From NCBI GenBank assembly GCA_963699835.1, contig CAVOVJ010000012.1:33744-97743 (forward strand): DNA of 64,000 nucleotides, in the 5' to 3' direction. This DNA is from an uncultured Gammaproteobacteria bacterium. GTDB taxonomy: Bacteria > Pseudomonadota > Gammaproteobacteria > Steroidobacterales > BM003. A program made the translations under genes and the position numbers. Position 1 is the stretch's first letter. Every line of letters begins with the position of its first letter. The notes below the pieces were generated by a model. It was not told where the DNA came from, searched no databases, and saw nothing but the letters and a program-made list of their open reading frames with translations. Below, piece after piece: positions 60,323-64,000 of the stretch.

Positions 60323-62224
60323 ATGTCTCAAGATTATCGTAGCGTCTATCGTTTTTCGGTTGAGCAGCCTGTCGAGTTCTGGGCGGCGGCAGCAAGCGAG
60401 CTGGCCTGGTCGAAACAGTGGGACGAGGTTCTCGACGCCTCGCATGCACCGATGTACCGGTGGTTCGCAGGCGGCGAGATCAACACCTGTTACAACGCGC
60501 TCGATCGGCATGTCGAGGCGGGTAACGGCGCGCGCACCGCCCTGATTTACGACAGCCCGGTTACCGATACGAAAGCGCGCTACTCGTATGCGCAACTTCT
60601 CGACGAGGTCAGTACGTTTGCCGGCGCACTGGCGGCCCGCGGTGTGAGTCGCGGCAGCCGGGTAATTATCTACATGCCAATGATTCCGCAGACGGTGGTC
60701 GCGATGCTGGCATGCGCGCGTATCGGCGCCATTCACTCGGTCGTGTTCGGGGGCTTCGCGGCGGACGAACTCGCTACGCGGATACGCGATTGCGAACCGG
60801 CCATGATTCTTACCGCATCGTGCGGAATTGAGCCGGGGCGCGTGGTCGAATACAAGCCATTGCTCGATGCGGCAATAGACGGCGCGGGTCGCGGTGCAAT
60901 TCCTTGCATCGTATTTCAGCGACCGCAGTGTCAGGCGACACTGATCGATGGCCGTGACGAGGACTGGGCGGCAGTTGCGGAGGCCGCGCAGCCGGTGCCG
61001 TGCGTGGCGCTGGCGGCAACCGATCCGCTGTATATCCTGTACACGTCCGGGACCACCGGCGAACCGAAGGGCGTGGTTCGCGACAATGGCGGTCATGCCG
61101 TGGCACTGAACTGGAGCATGCGAAACATCTACGGGATCAACCCCGGTGAGGTTTTCTGGGCGGCTTCGGACGTGGGATGGGTCGTTGGTCACTCGTATAT
61201 TGTCTATGCGCCACTTATTTATGGATGTACTACCGTTCTGTATGAGGGCAAGCCGGTGGGAACACCGGATGCGGGTGCGTTTTGGCGGGTGGTGTCCGAG
61301 TACGGTGTCAACTGCCTGTTTACCGCACCGACTGCCTTCCGTGCGATCAGGCGCGACGATCCCGCCGGCGAATTACTTCACGGATACGATCTGGGCAGTC
61401 TGCGCACGCTGTTTCTGGCGGGGGAGCGATGCGATCCGGGTACGCTGGAATGGGCCCAGTCGAACCTGGGGATCCCGGTGATAGATCACTGGTGGCAAAC
61501 CGAGACCGGCTGGCCTGTCGCGGCCAACTGCGTCGGTATCGAGTTGCTGCCGGTAAAGCCCGGATCGCCGACCTGTGCCGTGCCCGGCTATCGTGTTGCG
61601 GTGCTCGATGAGGCCGGTGAGCCCGTAGCGGCGGGGGAGACCGGCAACATCGTTATCAGCCTGCCACTGCCGCCAGGCACCTTGCCGACGTTGTGGAAAA
61701 AAGATGAGCGCTATCGGAGTTCATACCTGGAGCGTTATCCCGGCTACTATCTGACCGGAGACTCGGGGTACTGCGATAGCGACGGCTATCTGTGGATCAT
61801 GAGCCGAATCGACGACATCATAAATGTCGCCGGTCACCGCCTGTCCACCGGGCAGATGGAGGAGGTGCTTGCGTCTTTTCCGAATGTCGCGGAGTGTGCG
61901 GTCATCGGGGTCGAGGACAATCTCAAGGGGCAAATTCCGCTTGGTCTCGTCGTCATGCAGTCGGGTGTCGACGTGGACGAAGATGAGATTCGCGCCAGCC
62001 TCGTGCGGCGGGTGCGCGAGGTCATCGGGCCGGTGGCAGCCTTTAAACTGGTCACGATTGTCAACCGCCTGCCGAAGACGCGCTCCGGCAAGGTCTTGCG
62101 CGGGACAATGAAAAAAATCGCCGATGGCCAGCAGTTCAAGATCCCTGCGACGATCGATGATCCGGCTTCGCTCGCCGAGATCGAACGCGCTCTGGCGCGA
62201 CTCGGCTATCCCGGTGAGCATTAG
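60323..62224 (+). CDS. prpE: propionate--CoA ligase / acyl-CoA synthetase (PrpE-like)
   Basis: MSQDYRSVYRFSVEQPVEFW..., AMP-binding YTSGTTGEPKG, ...[20 protein letters not shown] at 60323 preferred over the ORF-track 60245. Confidence 0.85.
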   Translation: MSQDYRSVYRFSVEQPVEFWAAAASELAWSKQWDEVLDASHAPMYRWFAGGEINTCYNALDRHVEAGNGARTALIYDSPVTDTKARYSYAQLLDEVSTFAGALAARGVSRGSRVIIYMPMIPQTVVAMLACARIGAIHSVVFGGFAADELATRIRDCEPAMILTASCGIEPGRVVEYKPLLDAAIDGAGRGAIPCIVFQRPQCQATLIDGRDEDWAAVAEAAQPVPCVALAATDPLYILYTSGTTGEPKGVVRDNGGHAVALNWSMRNIYGINPGEVFWAASDVGWVVGHSYIVYAPLIYGCTTVLYEGKPVGTPDAGAFWRVVSEYGVNCLFTAPTAFRAIRRDDPAGELLHGYDLGSLRTLFLAGERCDPGTLEWAQSNLGIPVIDHWWQTETGWPVAANCVGIELLPVKPGSPTCAVPGYRVAVLDEAGEPVAAGETGNIVISLPLPPGTLPTLWKKDERYRSSYLERYPGYYLTGDSGYCDSDGYLWIMSRIDDIINVAGHRLSTGQMEEVLASFPNVAECAVIGVEDNLKGQIPLGLVVMQSGVDVDEDEIRASLVRRVREVIGPVAAFKLVTIVNRLPKTRSGKVLRGTMKKIADGQQFKIPATIDDPASLAEIERALARLGYPGEH

Positions 62225-62301
62225 CCACACAGCCTGCAGTTGACCCGCCGTGGTGATCGCTGCTAGATCGACCGCCGGTTTCGAATGACTGCAGGTAAGC
62301 G

Positions 62302-63363
62302 ATGGCCTTCTCGGCTTTGAAACTTCGCGCCGGACCCGCCGCGCTGGCGCAGATCAGGCGTGACGGCATGGTTCCCGAGACATTTTCGGTAATGGCCGGT
62401 GCATCGGGCGGGCCGAAATGGCTGGTGCTCAGCCAGCTTGACCGGGTGCTTGCTCCGTGGATTCTCGCGAATCGTGAATCGCCGCTGTTTTTGCTCGGCT
62501 CATCGATTGGCGCGTGGCGTTTTGCATGCGTCGCTCAGGCCGATCCGGTCGATGCCATTGTGCGTTTCGAAGAGGCGTACATTGGCCAGCGTTATGACCG
62601 CCGGCCGAGCGCGCAGGAGGTAACCGCTCGCAGCCGCGAGATTCTCGAGGTTGTACTGGGCGAGCATGGTGCGAGCGACATTCTCACCTCTCCGCTGGCT
62701 CGCCTCAATGTGATGACCGCGCGAAGCCGACGGGTAACCGCGTCCGACGCCCGTCCTGCACTGCTTGCCGGGCTTGCGATCTCGGCACTGGCCAACGCCG
62801 CGAATCGGAGGTTGCTGGGCTGGTTCTATGTGCGCAGTCTTTTCAGCGATCCACGCGACGAACCGCCATTTGCCGCGATGTCCGGGTTGCCTCTCGAGCG
62901 AGCGGCCTTGACGGAAAGAAATCTCGGCAAAGCGATCCTGGCGACCGGGTCGATCCCGCTGGTGCTCGAGGGTGTGCGCGACATCGATGGTGCTGCCCGT
63001 GGCACCTATCGGGACGGAGGAATCATCGACTACCACTTCGATGTCGAGTTATCGGGTGGACGCGGGCTGGTCTGCTATCCGCATTTCTATGGTCACATTG
63101 TCCCGGGGTGGTTTGACAAGGCATTGAAAAACCGGCGCGGTCGGGCCAGCCTCGAACGCACCGTGCTGATCCATCCTTCGCCCGAGTTCGTGGCGGGCTT
63201 GCCCAATGGCAAGATTCCTGACCGCAAGGACTTCGAGACGATGGGCAATGACGACAGGATACGATGCTGGCGCCGGGTCGTGGCGGAATGCGAGCGCCTT
63301 GCCGAGACGTTCGAGGAATGGCGAGTGCGTGGTCAACTCGTAGCCAGGGTCGAGCCACTGTGA
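62302..63363 (+). CDS. patatin-like phospholipase family protein
   Basis: Oxyanion AGASGGPKW, nucleophile elbow GSSIGA, catalytic Asp in YRDGGIIDY. Confidence 0.8.
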   Translation: MAFSALKLRAGPAALAQIRRDGMVPETFSVMAGASGGPKWLVLSQLDRVLAPWILANRESPLFLLGSSIGAWRFACVAQADPVDAIVRFEEAYIGQRYDRRPSAQEVTARSREILEVVLGEHGASDILTSPLARLNVMTARSRRVTASDARPALLAGLAISALANAANRRLLGWFYVRSLFSDPRDEPPFAAMSGLPLERAALTERNLGKAILATGSIPLVLEGVRDIDGAARGTYRDGGIIDYHFDVELSGGRGLVCYPHFYGHIVPGWFDKALKNRRGRASLERTVLIHPSPEFVAGLPNGKIPDRKDFETMGNDDRIRCWRRVVAECERLAETFEEWRVRGQLVARVEPL

Positions 63364-63411
63364 CTGGAAGCGCGTTGTCATGACCGGCAATGCCAAACGT
63401 GGAGGCCGCAA

Positions 63412-64000
63412 ATGGGCCAGGTAGTAAAGTACGAAACGATCGCAACGCTGGCGATCGTTACGATCGACAATCCACCTGTCAATGCGCTGTCGCATGCCGT
63501 GCGCGAAGGGCTCGCCCATGCGTTCGCAAGCGCCGCGAAAGATGATGCAATTGAGACGGTGCTGCTGATATGCGACGGACGTACCTTTATCGCCGGGGCC
63601 GATATCCGCGAGTTCGACCAGCCGCCGCGCGCACCACATCTGCCCGATTTGTTGAATCGTATTGAAGCTGTGAACAAACCGGTCGTCGCCGCGATCCACG
63701 GCACGGCGCTCGGCGGCGGGCTGGAAACCGCGATGGCCTGCCATTACCGCTGCGCCAGCAGTGACGCCCGGCTCGGTTTGCCGGAGGTCAACCTGGGGCT
63801 GTTGCCCGGAGCGGGCGGGACCCAGCGACTTCCGCGGCTTGTCGGCGTCGAGTTGGCTTTGGACATGATGGTAGGCGGCCGCCCGATTGGAGCCCGGCAG
63901 GCACTCGCTGCCGGTCTGATTGACGAAATCATCGAATCGGACGAACTGCGTGACGGGGCCATACGTTGGGCCCGACAACTGGCGGCGAGTTCGGCGGGTA
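63412..64000 (+). CDS. enoyl-CoA hydratase domain (N-terminus of a FadB/FadJ-like multifunctional enzyme), 3' end beyond the window
   Basis: Not in the ORF track because no stop falls inside the window. GGAGG RBS, then MGQVVKYETIATLAIVTIDNPPVNAL...FIAGADIREF...AAIHGTALGGGLETAMACH...LPEVNLGLLPGAGGTQRLPRLVG crotonase motifs. Confidence 0.85.
   Translation, partial: MGQVVKYETIATLAIVTIDNPPVNALSHAVREGLAHAFASAAKDDAIETVLLICDGRTFIAGADIREFDQPPRAPHLPDLLNRIEAVNKPVVAAIHGTALGGGLETAMACHYRCASSDARLGLPEVNLGLLPGAGGTQRLPRLVGVELALDMMVGGRPIGARQALAAGLIDEIIESDELRDGAIRWARQLAASSAG

Noticed and set aside
62233-62295. An 8-bp inverted repeat CCTGCAGT ... ACTGCAGG after prpE as a terminator
   Set aside because: The loop is 47 nt and there is no T-tract. 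It is not a credible intrinsic terminator and has no other support.

Overview
This is a GC-rich, densely coding chromosomal window with gammaproteobacterium-like synteny. I recognised no CRISPR array, IS element, integrase or prophage.

Gene content in order:
- sucA (3' end)-sucB-lpdA, then relA, then yebC-ruvC-ruvA-ruvB.
- ybgC-tolQRAB-pal-cpoB-queE-queC.
- A TIR+4TM protein and tRNA-Lys(UUU), followed by a decayed flank that includes a GNAT gene with an in-frame TAG.
- A long minus-strand molybdenum-cofactor operon, mobA-moeA-moaB. It is extended by a BNR beta-propeller, a YqeC-like protein, a JAMM protease, a MoaD-like protein with a GG-RS tail, and a rhodanese::MoeB E1.
- A sigma-54 activator, a TunR-like regulator, DUF3305/DUF3306/ferredoxin genes, and a Cys-type periplasmic formate dehydrogenase operon behind a good -24/-12 promoter.
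- Ankyrin, Rieske-like, cfa and hsp20 genes, an orphan octaheme HAO-like cytochrome, a DUF481 outer-membrane protein and a cytoplasmic Mo-oxidoreductase.
- An acetate/propionate locus: DcaP-like porin, acs, crbR/crbS, DUF4212+SSS symporter, DUF294 nucleotidyltransferase plus DEDD exonuclease, prpE, patatin, and a fadB-like 5' end.

Most notable observations:
1. At least seven single-base frame breaks and one in-frame stop hit well-conserved genes (ruvA, pal, queE, mobA, acs, DUF294 twice, GNAT). Six of the seven behave as +1 insertions. Assembly error is the simplest explanation, but it needs checking.
2. A JAMM/Ubl/E1 sulfur-carrier module with YqeC and BNR partners is welded to the Moco operon.
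3. A stand-alone TIR-TM protein sits next to the tRNA.
4. A CCAWGGTCTAA motif is shared by the acs and crbS/actP control regions.

All functional calls come from reading the translations by eye. No database search was run.
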